Assembly (NCBI GenBank): GCA_051362555.1
Contig: CM120645.1
Span: forward strand, 22,568,001-22,632,000
Reading direction: 5' to 3'
Length of the DNA: 64,000 bases
DNA from: Lingula anatina
Lineage: Eukaryota > Animalia > Brachiopoda
Shown here: positions 1 through 15,200 of the stretch, piece by piece
Layout of the letters: each line of letters begins with the position of its first letter
Numbering within the stretch: position 1 is the first letter of the stretch
Made by a program: the position numbers and the translations under genes
The notes under the pieces: generated by a model
Database searches by the model: none
What the model was told of the DNA's origin: nothing
What the model saw: the letters and a program-made list of their open reading frames with translations, nothing else

Positions 1-3000
1 TGTGTGTGTGTCATTTCAATGAGATATTTTTAAAAGTTCATTGCAGAATGTTTCTCAAAATGGGTCATTTTAAGTACTAAACAGTTTGCCATGTAACCAA
101 GTTATCATGTCAAGATCTTAATTGGTTTAGGTTTCTTCCAGTTCATGGAATAGAGATGTTAAGTAGGCTGATAGCAGTTTTGGATTCAATTATTTCCTTT
201 TTTTGTGCTCAGCTAGTAGGCGGAACATAGAAATGGTTATAAAAATCCTTTTGGAAGCATAGCATCTCGCCATATAACTTTTAGTTAAAACATTTATATA
301 AACTTGTAGATAAAACATTACAAAAGACATGTAAGCAAATTAAGATTTGAGCAGCTTAAAGTAACATGCCACAAAAAAAAAAAAAAAAAAAAAAAAAGCT
401 TGGTTTCCTAAAGTGCACCAAATGATCCCTACAAGATTTATATTTGACAGCGTACGCAAGACAACCCCACGCCCCTCAGTGGGATGTCTGAATAGTATTG
501 TCAGTGAAGCATTGTTCGAGGTTAGGTTCGAGTCTCTAGTGGAACCCTTAGATCTCCAGTTAACCTCTCTAGAGTTATGGTATATGCGTGTTGCAAAGAA
601 AACTGACCTAAGTTTGCTGTTTAGATTGTGCAGGGATATCCACTGGTATCCAGGTTAAATTTAACTACTGTGGAAACCATTGATTAAGCATTTCAAATTT
701 TCACATAAAATTTCGTTCATGAGTTCATAGACACAACCCCCCAAAAAATGAGATTTAAAAAACAAATTTTAAGGTGTGTGTGTGTGTGTGTGTTTTTGGG
801 GGGGGTCACAGTACTACCACAGTGTAGTAACAATAATTCTGCTGTAGTTAAAATATTGTAGACATATACAACAAAGAGGCATTTAGAAGCATGCATGTGA
901 ACAGAAGTAACTTGACTTGCTTCACTTGGATTGACTTGATTTATCAGATAATATTATAGTTGGAACCAATGGCTCCAATCTTGCAGTATATATCAGTTGT
1001 GGTGAATAAAAAAAATGAAGGGTTTAATCATTTGAAGTAACCTCCATTTAACTCATACTGCCTCAGTATTTGGAAAGCATATCACGTAAATCCACATTAT
1101 TTTAAAGAAGCAGAATGTGGCCTGTCTGGCTGGCTTCTCTGAACAGTAAAACCTGCACCTGTCTTTATGTAATGGTTATTCTGTACCAACATTTATTTCA
1201 GAAAAAAATGAGGTTTCTTGTTCTACAGAATGATGTCTGAGGCAGCTGCAGTTGAATCATGGTATTTTGTGCCTGGGTTTATGATGGGAAAATAGTTGAA
1301 AGTTTAAGCCAGTGATATTGGGGTTACATATGACATTTAATTGAGAGAATGAATTTTAGATTTAATGTAGTTATTTTGGCACCTGCTGTGATTGTGTTTT
1401 GACAACTGTGTGCTCATTAAAAATCTGGAAAAGTAACAATAACTCTAAAACTTGTCTTGGGTTTGTTTTATAGTGTTATTCTACCAGTATTGTCATATTT
1501 AGTCTCGCCAATTTTTCTTGCTGCATACAGAAAGAATCATCCTGAAGAGTGTGATCGTATCTTAATCGTAATTTTCAGCAGTAAGCAATAAAAATGCTAA
1601 AAAAATTTTTTGGGGGGAAATTAGTATATATTGTCTCATTAAGTACATGTAATTTGTCATTGTTTGTCTTGCCTTTAAGATCTGGTTATAAGCAATTTTA
1701 TCTAACAACTTGTTAACAAAATCATGCTAGTGTAGTAAGGGTGAGCCCCCCTCCCCCTCCCCCCAATGTTAATCTTCTAAGTCATTTCAGTTCCCTCATC
1801 TTATCCCCAAATAATGAAACAACCTGAACATTGGTAACACTTGAGCACATGTTGCCATGGTAGCAGTGATTAATGTAACAAATTGCCAATTACGTGCCAC
1901 AGTAAGCTGGGCAAATGTGAGTAACCCACGAATGTACAGGCAGTTCCAATGTGCTAAAGTTCCACATTGCAGGAGTTGACTAGCTACCAGATCAGCAGGT
2001 ATGGATTGAAACAGGACTGTCTTGGAAATAGAACTTTGAATTCTGTTTGTGTTCAGAAAACGAGTCATTATTTCAAAGAGAAATTGTGATGAGATGAAAT
2101 AGAAAGAGTAGCAGAATGTAATTTTTGTGAAGTTTATCTTAAATGTGTAAAATTGGTTTATTTTATATAGGCTTTGACAAAGACTTTAAATATTTGTAAA
2201 TTAGTAGGTTGTGCTATAAGGGAGAGGAACAGCAGTGTAGGACAAATAGTAATAAAATCTACTTTGGGAAGTGAAATAGTTTCTTCCAGTCAGCAAGAGA
2301 TCTACAGCAAAAGCTTAACTGTAAACTGCAGGTATTCCCTACTATATATTCACAGTAGAAGAGACAGGCAGCCAAACTTATTAGGTAGACTGCAGGCAGT
2401 TGTGCAATTAACTATAGCTACTGGTAATATTGGTAGCAGAACCTGCCAGGTAGATTACCCAGATTACAGGCAATTCCAGACAGAGGAAAGGTACAGGCAG
2501 TTTCAGATATTAGAGAGTTGGCTGCCAACATATTACTGAAGATATGGTCCTGTGGCAGCTTGAACGTTTCTTATTATTTTCTTATAAGACAGAAGTGAAC
2601 AAATGTTGCATTGAAGAGAAAAGATGTTATGGAGAGGAAATTTACTGTGAAATGGACCCTTTTGAAAATTTGTCTATAGAATCATGGGTACTTACTACCT
2701 AGTAATTTACATACAAATAAATTGTTTACTCAAGGGATTGCAGAATAGTTTATTCTTTGGCCAGTTAATTAGTATCTTATATAAAACATGCATTTTTCAG
2801 ATGAATATGATTCCATACCAAATTATATTGAATAAAGCCTTTTACTGAAAAATATTTTATTTTGCTATTCAATTTCACCCGAAAAGAAGACATATATAAA
2901 TTTACGTTTACATGTTTTTTTCACATTCACATTTGGTCATTTGGAAATAAACAACCTCACAGTCAAACATGAATTTCAACAAGAATTCTTTGTATATAAG

Positions 3001-4532
3001 TAAGCACAGGGCAGATTTATCCTGCTGATAAAAATGAATTAAGTATGACACTCTGAAGGGAGACCAAGCTGTGATATTGCTTCCTACAACAAAAAAACTT
3101 GATGTCTGCTTCAAAGGAAGCTAACAAGGAAGGGGAATGAAACTGATGTACTTATGTTTTTATATATTTTGTCCTAGACCAGTTTAAAGCCTGGCCTTGG
3201 CAGTATGAGTTCATTACCCTTTGTTTAGACCAACAAAAGTTTGCATAAAAGACAATACTTCTGTGTCAGTTAAGGTGCTTGCTATTGGAACTTGTCTGGC
3301 TGATGTGTAATTTTAGATAATCACAATGAAGAGATTGACTGTTTATTGTATTAAACTCCCTAGCCATACCTGTATGTACAAAAGTTGTTATAAAGTACAA
3401 AGATGTAGTAGTGTTCATAAAACTTCGTGCATGTAACACCAGTGGAAAGTGGTTTTATGGTAAAGACTCAATCTTTTGGATACATATTAATATTAGTTTT
3501 GAAGTCATTAAAAAGCATATTCTGTATAGCATTTTTAATGCTTTAAATGTGTAGAATAGAGCTATAGGGTAGTGTGTGTTTCAATTTTGTTAGTACCACT
3601 GAACAGTAATGTTCCAATTTTAAGAATTTATGACTTTAACAAAATTCGGTGTCAAAAAAAATACACAATTTTCCCCAATGAAAAGATTGATTCATTAGTG
3701 TTTTTTTTTTTTTTTTTTTTGGGGGGGGGGGGGGGAATGTAAGAGTGATGCATGTAAAGAAATTGATTTTATATATTTTACTGAAATTGGTACAACTGCA
3801 GTTTGATATTTAACAAGCTGGAGAGTTCTTCTCATTCTTAATTGCTCTGTTTCTCTGTCGTTTCAGTTCAGCCAGTTTTGCTGCCTCGCTGACCTGCAGA
3901 GTGTAGTGTTGATGTGTTTATACCTCCGTCCACAACCAACGCATTAACACGCGATTACCGCCAAGAAAATCCCAAAGTCGATTAATCCCAGGAATCAAAA
4001 CTTGTTTAAAAGCACCTTATCGGATGAAATAACAAATATATAATAAATAGTTCCAGCACCTCATTCAGCTACTGTTTACGGGTATATGGTGGAGGTGTAA
4101 AAACGGTGGGTGTTGTTAGTGTAAAGCCTTGATAAGTTGAAATTGATTGTTTTTCTAAGACTTTTCATGGACCAACATATTGAGAGGCAGATATATTGGA
4201 GAATTACTAGTAGGGTTATTCAGGACAGTTTGGATGTTAGACCAGGGGACAAAATTTGAAATTTGGAAGAAAGAGCCCAAGTTTTGAAGATTTGATACAA
4301 GCACCGGGAAGCAGCAGTTCCAATTTTAAGGAAACATTTGTATAATACTTATAGTCAGCAAGTGGAGGAAACTATAGGACCAGGATTAGATAATATCATT
4401 ACATGCAGTTCAAAAACTGTATGCCACAAGCAACAATTACATATTGAGAAATTGTTTTGATCAAAAAGGAAAGTCAGGACATTGAAGAAAACAGAAGGAT
4501 TTATATACTTGCATTGCTGAAATCATCCCAGG

Positions 4533-7500
4533 ATGGCTAGAGAGAATGCTGTGTTTGGCATCATTGTGCTAGGACTTCTGTACAGTTGCTATTTAGTTGA
4601 AGATGCACATGGACAATGCACAGGTGAGTCTAGGCATGGGCAAAGTACAGGCAGTTCTACATCGTGGACAAAAACATAGATATCATAATTGTTATAATTC
4701 TTAATCAGGATAATTTGTTATTAATTTCTAATAGCTTTATTTGTGTCTCCAATCCATTTATGAACTGTGTGACCCAGCTGTTTGACAAACTCACAGGTAG
4801 GTTTTGTGTAATCTTATCAACACCTGCCTCTGATCATGCTGCCTGTGTCACTGCAGCATGTTCCATCCAAACCATGTGGAGCCCATAAATGCCAAAATGT
4901 ATCGTTGTTTTCTTGTTTGCTTTTATTTCCAACACCTTTTTTCATGTTCATTGATAATTTCAGTGTGATTATTAATTTTCTTTAGAGTACAGATTTGGAA
5001 ATAAAAATTGGCCAAATTAGATCATCATACACAGTGAGGTTATTAAGGGATTACAAATGTGATTTTTTTATTATTTGATTATCAAGAGAGCTTATGTATC
5101 AAAGGAACTCGATCTGCTTATGACACATTTCCTCTTCCTAAATTAAGCTCCTTAGCAAAATTCATTTTTGCTTATTTGGTCATTGTGGCTTTGTTTTTTC
5201 CTCTATTTCATCATTAGTCAGTTATGTAGGTGAGACGACAGTTGAGTCATAAACAAAGTAAACAAATCATGATCAGCAATTATAAATTTGGCAAACTATA
5301 TTTTTAATGGTGAACATCTACCTGCAATTACACTCCTTAAATTGAACACAAAGTTACATTTTTAAGGTCATTTTTCCACAGAGCAAACAGATTATAGAAT
5401 TTATGATATCTGGATTTTTCAAATTACTCGTGCACACACTGTCCACAGATTTCCTTAATCAATCACGTTGCAGTATTTGCAACTGTTAGGTCATGTTTTG
5501 TTGCCCATATAAAAGGTTCCAAGTGTATATATTTATTGAGACTTATGGCCATGATCTTTGCTAAATAAGTTTTAAACTGACATACAACTGTTCAAATAAT
5601 ATACTATGGCTACGATGTTTTTACCTCTCAAACCTTTGGCTCAATCCTAAAATGGCACCTGCCCTTGAAAAACACTGTTCATGGTTGGCTTGTGCATATT
5701 TCATGTAGGATTTAAATACAGTAGAGTTTTTTAATGTAAATGTTGTACCACCATTTATTTCAATGCCCCTCCAAGATTGAATACCTACACGTCTGCCAAT
5801 TTCTTAGATTAAAGGTGAGATTCCACCTCAACAAGATATTTTAATTTGTCTAAGGGCTCATTACCATTGGGACTATCATTTTACGTAGATTAATCCAACT
5901 CTGTGGGGACTCTTGCTGAATGCACAAATGGAGGTTTAAAAATGAAGAAACAGAAGCAGGAATGGATTTGAACATCAGGGTATATTACTGTGTAGGATTT
6001 GTTAGACAAGGTTTATTTTCCTGGTGAGAGTTGTTTCCAGACAAACTGCCAGATAAGACATAGATCAGACAGGTGAACTGGGGTCTACTTAGTGATATAG
6101 GGCTAGATTCTAGAGTAAACTATTTACTTAAAATTAATTTTAGGGTGCATTCCCAGAGCTTTAGATCGATCCAGAGATTAAGATTTAGATCGACCTAACT
6201 CCCTGGGGGTTCACGCTAAATTGCAGTCAGCCGAGCACGCACCATAATTAATTACCCCCTTACAGCTTTTAGTAGGTGGGACAGACGCTTAAGCTGGCTA
6301 AGGTGACCGTAATCTAGTGAGACTCCCCACAGGGATAGATCGATCTAAAATCTATGAGAATGGGGTCTTAGTCTTCTGTTGGAAACTCTGGTTTACCTAT
6401 CCTGGCTCTTCATCTCTGTCCATCTGCTCCTCCTCTAATCATTTTCGGTCAAATTTTTGAATTAATTGGTATTTTGTCATTGTTAGCTAATCAATTTCCT
6501 GGTCATGAAATTTTGACCAATTAAACCCTATGTTGCAAAAGTTCAGGTTTGGAGAAAATATTTTGAAGTTTGTTCGCACCCCATCCGCAATAATCTGAAA
6601 CTTTGGATGATCACAAACCTAAGATTACCGTAACAGAAAATTTGGAGTGTGTACAGCATATCTAATGTTCAAAGCAAACATCTTTTTAAAGATTTACCCT
6701 TTTAAAACTGGCAATCAATATAGGTTGTTGGGAAAGTCCAAAATCAGACCCAAAGAAATGAGCATCCAGTATTGAGGCATTTGGAAAGCTCATCAGAGCT
6801 TTTAGAGCCTGCCATCAATATATAAAACACAAGACCTGAGTCTGCAGACATTCAGATCATTGCAAGCAAGTTGCGTGCACTTATTTAATTGCATACTCTT
6901 ACCTCATAGTCATATTCTTGACATTTGCTAAATATATCTATAGAAAAAGCACTCGGAGAATTGAAGGGCAGATACCAAAATCTTTCTTGTGAAGTTCATT
7001 ATAATTGATTACTAGAGTAAATGATTCTGAAAAAAGATTATCATTTAACTGTTGCCATTGGAAAGATGAAAAAGAAATTATTTTTCTGGACATTAGGTGA
7101 GAAATGGCATGATTGTAAAAAATTGTTAAACCCCCTGCAAAATTCTAAATTTATTACCTGTCAAGAATTTTTCATGCTAGATTAATCCTGTGAAACAATG
7201 TTGCCAAGAAATTTTTGCGTATACCAAAGTTTTATATGAAATGATTCCAGGGAAGACACATTATACAACTCAGTATGATGCATCCCTGGTGGAGGCATAT
7301 TTACTCAGAATGTAGCTTTTTTAGCATACATAACAATGCTGAATATGCCTCTCTGACTTATAAACTATTACGGCACCCCATTCTTAAGATTGATATGTAG
7401 AAATGCTGGCTGCGATCTTTCATATTAACCAGCTCCATCTGTGCCATGATGCAACATGGTGGCTACAGGGGTGACTCGCAGTTTTGTAATTCCAAGAAAC

Positions 7501-10500
7501 AATGAGATGTCTTGTGCAAATGTTCTGTATAATGTAAAGTATTCTACACAACGTGACACGTACAATACATTGGTGAAAGCATCGATCTACAAAAAAAAAG
7601 GGGGGGGGGGGTTGCTGTGATTCAGTTAATTTGAATTGTCAAAACACATATCTGCTAATTATTTATTGTTCCATTATGTAAATGTTATTAGAAAAAGATC
7701 AACCTAAAAATAGACACAGAAGAAAAAAAGGTACACATTTATTTATACCTTGTAATTTTGGTCTATTTTATAAATGTTTTAAGTTAGATGTTTTTAGCAG
7801 AGTTGGATCGATCTACATAGACCTATAGATTCATTGGGAATTAGTCCTAAGTCTGCCAAGAAATTTCTGCCATTATTCGTGACCCGCTTTCATCCCAATT
7901 CTGTGAAATCTAAATTGCAAGACTTGGGGCTAACTTGTATGATTTTCAATATTTGTGATATGTGCCTTTATTCACTGCAGCTAAAATGTTCGATTTTTTA
8001 ATAACACGGTTTGTTTCAGATCTATGGAGTGGTCCCACCGAATACCCCCCATACATAGACTTACAGCCAGATCAATTGATGCAATTCAAGAAACGTCTGG
8101 CATTCACCATGGAGTGTCAGGCCAGTGGAAACCCAGCGCCAACGTGAGTCAAGATATCAGTCCTAACAAACTGACAGTGTCCTATTATAACTTTGATAGT
8201 CATATGATAACAAATAGTTTACAGCTTCAGAATTGTAATGTTCAAAAAAAGTATGTCTCTAAAGATCAACTTCTGGAAGACCTGGAAAAGTGTCTGTGTA
8301 TAAACTCACCAATTTTTATTTCATTTTGAGTAATGTGCTTTAATTAATTTCTAAATACACCAGTGATCAGCCTGTTTATTTACATATTTCTTTGTTTTTT
8401 ATTTATTTTTAAAATTTTTGTTAATTTATTTTTATTAACATATTTTTTACTCTAGCCATATTGCCATGTTTTAGTTAATATTTAATCCTGATTTATGATA
8501 ATATATTATTAGTTTACATTTTATGTTAACATGTGATAATATATAACAAGCATATCCCTTCAATTAACATAAAACAAAATATATGTTGTAATTCAGTTAC
8601 ACGTGGTATAAGAATGGCCAGCCCTTCAATCCCAGTGGGGATACCACCATGATGACTGGCCTGGGAAATCTGAACTTTGACAACCCTAAAGAAAGTGATG
8701 CAGGCATCTACCAGTGTGTGGCCACCAATAGCAAGGGGACAGCTGTCACTCATAAGGTCATGTTGGTAGAGGCTAGTAAGTATATGGGAATATGAAAACT
8801 TCGTCAATTTTGATGTTAAAGCCTTAGTAAAATCAGTTAAAATGTTTTTATGCACATTAAGTATTAGTAACTGCAAAACGAAAAGAGTGAAGGCTGCTTG
8901 ATTGCATGATTTTTCCATAAAAGAATTTCTATGCTCTTGCTCAGCTGTTTACGAATTGTTGTTATTTATTGCTGTAGTTGAGATGGACATACCAGCACAA
9001 TCAGAAAAGACATCTCAACACAGCCAGTCCAGAATGCAATTATGTATTTGCTTGGCTGAATTTCTGAATTCAACTTCCAGTCCAGAATCCATTTCTGAAC
9101 CTCCGACTGCAAGTGAAGAAGCCAGCAGTGGGTCAGCCATTCAAACTGGAGTGTGAAAATATGCCACAGACATACCCTGAACCAGAAATAACTTGGGAAG
9201 TGGAGAAGAAGAGGGGTTCCAGGAGGAGCAGTTTTTATATGAATGATAGAGTTACTCTAGACCATGAAGGTAATATTTGTATGTCATATGGTGTTTGCTA
9301 ATAATATTTTAGTTAACCAATTTAGAGATGAGCTGTAATTAGGAGGATCCTTTGTCAAAGTTAAAGCAGTAATTTAGTTTTGAGTACATATATCAAATAT
9401 TTGCAAAATTATTAAACTCTGTGCATTAATTTAGATCTATTCTACTGCTTAATTTGGATCAGACCCCATTATTTCAAGGTAATGTTCCCTTATTTATTCC
9501 ATGTAAAACAGTAGATTTATGCATTTTGAGTAATGTAAAGTTAACAACTCTATATGCTGACATGTTGATATATTGTGTTATGTCTCAGAAGCGAGGCTGC
9601 ACTTTTACTCATATTATTCCATTTTCCCCTGGAGTCACTCCATGCATCACATGGCTGTGTTCATTAGCACTTTAGTATCTATTATCTGTTTTATTCCCAG
9701 GAAACTTGTACTTTGCCAATGTGGTCCCAGATGACAATATGAATGGCCGTCCCTACGCATGCAAGGTGAACAACCCCTTCCTCAGGTCTAGCGTCATGGG
9801 GCCCAATGTGAAACTGGAACCCTCTGGAACCATAAGTAAGTACAGTGGAGCTTCCTCCCCCCCCTCTCTCTCTCTTTCTGCTCTCTCTCTTTGAACCTCC
9901 ACTCTCTCTTTCTCTCTCTCTCTCAGAGAAAGCAAATTTAAAATCAAATCCAATATAACACAAAAGAGAGAACTTTATACAAGTTTTAGTTTCACCAACT
10001 TTGTGGAAATTTTAGACAAAAATTGTTCTCCCTGATCTCATACTAAGACTTAGGGTGCTTTCCATGTTTTTAAGACATTACCCATATAACTAAACCAAAT
10101 ATATGTTGATGATAGAGTACCATGAGGGAAATGTATAACATTAAGTCATCATGACTGTTTTTCCTTCCAGGCAGTGTGCTCCCTTATGCACCCATACTGC
10201 TGTGGTCATCTCCCAGCAAGGTGGATGCCTTGAAAGACGATGAAGTACAAATTAAGTGTATCTTTGGAGGCTAGTGAGTATACTTGGAAAAACGTGTCAA
10301 TAAGTCTGAAACATATCTCTTGTTTGACTTTCACTAGATTTCAAGGCTCTATTTATTTTTTAATTCAATAAGTAGTTGTTAAAAAAAAATGAAGGGCTGT
10401 TGATTATTACAAATCTTACTGTTTGCCAGGATACACATCATTTGTAAGATGTTAGGTTAAAGTTTTTATTATCTTTATTTCATCTATATTCTGTACAAAT

Positions 10501-12143
10501 TAATCAATTTCTAAAGCAGGTAAACCCTAAACAGTTTAAGTAAACTTTATACACATTGGATTTTTTTGTACCTTACCTATCAGCCCTACACCAAGAATAA
10601 AGTGGTACAGAAAGAATGGAGACATCTCTGAGCCACTTAATGCCAGAGGATCAAGCTATGAGATTGAAGATTACGGCATGGCCGTGCTTTTTCGCAGCAT
10701 CAGTTATGACGATGCCCAGAGGTACCAGTGCGTCGGCGAGAACACTCAGGGACAGTCTAGTCACGATATCGAGATTAGTGTAGAGTGTGAGTACATGTAG
10801 AATTCATTGACAGGATTCACAACAAGAGTTTTTTGCCCAGAAATCTGTCTGAGCTTTTTAAAGGCTCAAACTTGATCTTTTTCAGTTCCTGATAAATGTG
10901 ATCTGGCCAGTTATACAGTGTAGTATATTAGTAGATGAAAAAGTATATTTTTAAAGGTTTTTGACAAATGAAAACCTCATACTTGTGGATAATAAATTTG
11001 CTAAGTATTAGCTAAAAAAAAAAACAATCATAATTATAAAAGAAAGAAAAGAAAAATGTACTGACAGTTTATGATGTGATGTTGAATCTTTCAGCTATAC
11101 CTGAATTGGAGAAAGAACCAACCAACATTGATATAGAAGAAGCAGAAACTGTCAGGGTGGAATGTGTTGCTACGGGGATGCCCACTCCAGTCACAGAGTG
11201 GTTTATTAATGGAAAACCACTGAAAGGTGATACTAACAGTACATTTTGTGACAGAGACTTGAGCCAAGTTAGCATTTAACATGGTGACATTTTTTTTTGT
11301 TGTTGTTCTGAGAAAAAATGATAGGATTGCAACTCCATTTTACAAAATATAGTTACAAATATGAAAAATTAGTTTAATTTATCAGAGCATCACCTTGAAG
11401 CTGTGTAGGCTTTTCGTCTCTTCGAAAACTTACTTGCTACTCCATGTTTCTCAGGACGGAGAATATGGATATTATAATTTGCTTTTCAATAATTCCTGCA
11501 AAGTGTTGACAGATGAAACAAAATTTAAGAAAAAAATATCGACTAAAGGACTACACTGTAGATGTCAAAAATCACATTTTCTTGGAATTAGTCTCTTATT
11601 ACAGTATAGATACATGCATATTTTATTAATGCTTGCTTCATGTCAAATGACAGTAGCTAGGCCAGTCATATTTTGTAAATTTGTCCAGGTACTTGCCTCT
11701 TTTTGCTTTTTTCCCCTTGTATAAGACCCTTGTATCTCATAGTGCCTGTAGTTAGGCTGAAATTTTAAACACAACTCAGAACTGAAATCTTCATGTGAAT
11801 TAATCTTTTATACGTGATACGTTAACCTTTTCAGACGTTCCTCTAAACCCCCGTAGAACCGACACCTTGGACTACATTGAGTTCACAGACCTGAGGAAAG
11901 AGGACTCTGCCGTGATCCAGTGCAATGCTTCCAATGAGAACGGCTATGTATTTGTCAATGGATATCTTAATGTTATGGGTAGGTGAAAAGATTATGAAGA
12001 TTCGCTTTTATTAGTTATCTTGTTTAAGAATAAAAAGATAAAAAATTAAAGAATTTTTTGAGTTAAATATATAATACCCATCAAGCATGAGCAGAAATAT
12101 AAACAACCCCTGCAATGCTTTAAAAATTTATCAGCATTATGGG

Positions 12144-12221
<78 letters not shown>

Positions 12222-15200
12222 TTATGTGAAATCATGCAATATGAATTTTATTGTTTGGTTTTTCATTGTCCTACAGATTACTGTCTGTATTTTCAGAAGC
12301 CACTGATTACTGTTCGTAGGCCATTGCATAAATAATTCACATGGGTCACATATATTTTTGCCCAGTGTATTTCTTAAAGGGATAATAACTCTTTGAGATG
12401 AATTTTCCTGGAGTAAACAACAATTTCCCCATACTTACCAATGGTTAATGAATCCATTTTCACATTCAAAGTTAGTCCCGGTGTACCATGAAAATGTGAC
12501 TCCCCTAAAATGTGACTCCCCAGTCAGATTTTCATTATGAAAATGTGACTCCCCAGTTAGATTTTCATAATGAAAATCTGACTCCCCCTATGAAATTTTG
12601 ACTCCCCCCCAAAAAAACATTCATTAATCTCATTTTATTTGAGTAAATGACTATGATTTTGTAGTATGCATAATGGATGATACATTGGCACTTTTTTGTA
12701 GTTTGCAGGTGAAAATTTTCATAAAAAAAAAAAAGAAAAATTAAAAATGTGCACATAATGAAAATGTGGTTCCCCTATGAAAATTTGACTCCCCTACAAA
12801 AAAACATTCATTAATCTCTAATTAATTTAGTATATGACTGTGATCTTGTAGTATGTAAAATGGTTGATACATTGGCACATTTTTTGTAGTTTGCAGTGAG
12901 AATTTTAATGAACAAATAAGAAAATTAAAAATGAGCACATAATGAAAATCTGACTCCCCCATGAAAATTTGACTCCCCCTCCACAAAACTTCATAAATCT
13001 TATTTTATTTTGAGTATATGACTGTGATCTTGTAGCATGTAAAATGGTTGATACATTGGCACATTTTTTGTAGTTTGCAGTGAAAATTTTAATGAAAAAA
13101 TGAGAAAATTAAAAAATGTGCACATAATGAAAATCTGACTCCCCCATGAAAATTTTGACTCCCCCGCCACAAAACTTCATAAATCTTATTTTATTTTGAG
13201 TATATGCCTGTGATCCTGTAGCATGTAAAATGATTGATACATTGGCACATTTTTGTAGTTTGCAGTGAAAATTTTAATGAAAAAATGAGAAAATTAAAAA
13301 TGTGCACATAATGAAAATCTGACTCCCCCGTGAAAATTTGATTCCCCCGCCACAAAACTTCATAAATCTTATTTTATTTTGAGTATATGACTGTGATCTT
13401 GTAGTATGGAAAATGGATGATACATTGGCACATTTTTTGTAGTTTGCAGTGAAAATTTTAATGAAAAAATAAGAAAATTGAAAATGTGCACATGGTTAAA
13501 AATTGAGAGAAAAAAAGTAATAAAACACATGAAAATAAGAAAAATTAAGGATTTGTTTTCTAACACCCAATGGCTCCCCTATAAAAAGCTATTTATTTGA
13601 TGTTTGATGATCATTCTGACAACTTTTCTTTTATGATACTTTATGAAAAAATTTATTGGAAATATTAAAAAGTTTTATGGTAAAATACTGCGTGAAAATA
13701 AATGAAAAATGGATAATAAATTTGCATTCTTGTACTGCCACAGGTAGGACCTGGAGCACTGAAATTTTCTAATGCTAAAAATGAAATAAGAGACATTTTG
13801 ACAAGGTAATCCTACAGGTAGTAAGATGAATTCCTTTCGAAAACATTCTCAATTTTGACAAAAGTTTTCACCACCAAACTTTCAAATGTGACATGCTTGG
13901 TGGTAGCTTATTCATATGTCGTAGCTTAAAGGAAAAAATATTAAATATGAAACATTTGATTTGTAAGATGGGTCGTCAAAGTCCTATGGGCACAAGAATG
14001 CATACTCATTATCCTTTTTGCTTAATAAAGCCCATCTTTCATCCAGCTTTGGGGAAAATAATGGGAAAACAAAAGCAAGTGTTTTGTTGGGTATGCTATA
14101 TTAGAAGAATTAAATAAAAAGGCGATGGGGCCAATTTCTTGTGTTAAAAATGTAGTGTTTTGACATGGGAGTACAAAACCTACAAGAATAAAGATGGATA
14201 CTTGTTTTAAAAATATTGACCAAAATTTTCATCATTAAACTTTCAAATAATGACAAAATATCCATCTCTATGCAAACTATGTGGAAAACAGTGGTATGGT
14301 GACTGAATATAAAATAGGTCCTTTTCTCCATGGGAGTCCAAATCTCATGAGTGTAAAAATAAAGATCTTCATGATTTCTTTTTCATGCTTTCACTATTTT
14401 ATCATCAAACCTTTAAATATTTCCAATATATTTTTCATAAAGTATCCTAAAAGAAAAGGTGTTGAAATGATCATCAAATATTAAATAACTTTTTCATAGG
14501 GGAGACAATAGGCGATTAAGTGGACATTTTTAATTTTCTTATTTTTTCATGAAAATTTTCACCTGCAAATTACAAAAAAGCGCCAATGTATCCTCCATTT
14601 CACATACTACAAGATCACAGTCACATACTCAAAATAAAATAAATATTTATGAAGTTTTGTGGAGGGGCAGTCATATTTTCATGGGGGAGTCAGATTTTCA
14701 TTATTTGCTCATTTTTAATTTTCTTATTTTTTCATTAAAATTTCCACTGCAAACTACAAAAAAATGTGCCAATGTATCAACTATTTTACTTACTACAAAA
14801 TCAGATACATATACCCAAAATAAAATAAGGTTTATGAAGTTTTATGATGGGGGAGTCAAATTTTCACGGGGGAGTCAGATTTTCATTTTGTGCACATTTT
14901 TAATTTTCTCTATTTTTCATTAAAATTTTCACCTTCAAACTACAAAAAAATGTGCCAATGTATCCTCCATTTTACAAACTACAAGATCACAGACATATAC
15001 CCAAAATAAAATAAGATTTATAAAGTTTTATGATGGGGGAGTCAAATTTTCATGGGGGAGTCAGATTTTTATTATGTGCTCATTTTTAATTTTCTTATTT
15101 TTTCATTAAAATTTTCACTGCAAACTACAAAAAAATGTGCCAATCTATCCTCCTTTTTACATACTACAAGATTACAGTCATATACCCAAAATAAAATAAG

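Noticed and set aside
2174-2539. 121-aa ORF upstream of the first L1 coding exon
   Set aside because: Non-ATG start, no motifs and no convincing splice context.
3867-4532. Possible long 5' UTR with upstream ATGs for the L1 gene (acceptor at 3865-3866)
   Set aside because: An alternative acceptor (CCCAG) lies just before the ATG at 4533, so the exon start cannot be determined without transcripts and uORF regulation is unsupported.
12087-12335. ORFs with YIYIYI, CVCVCV, THTHTH or ERERER runs (also 17768-18136, 9691-9963, 62583-62817)
   Set aside because: Microsatellite read-through, not coding.
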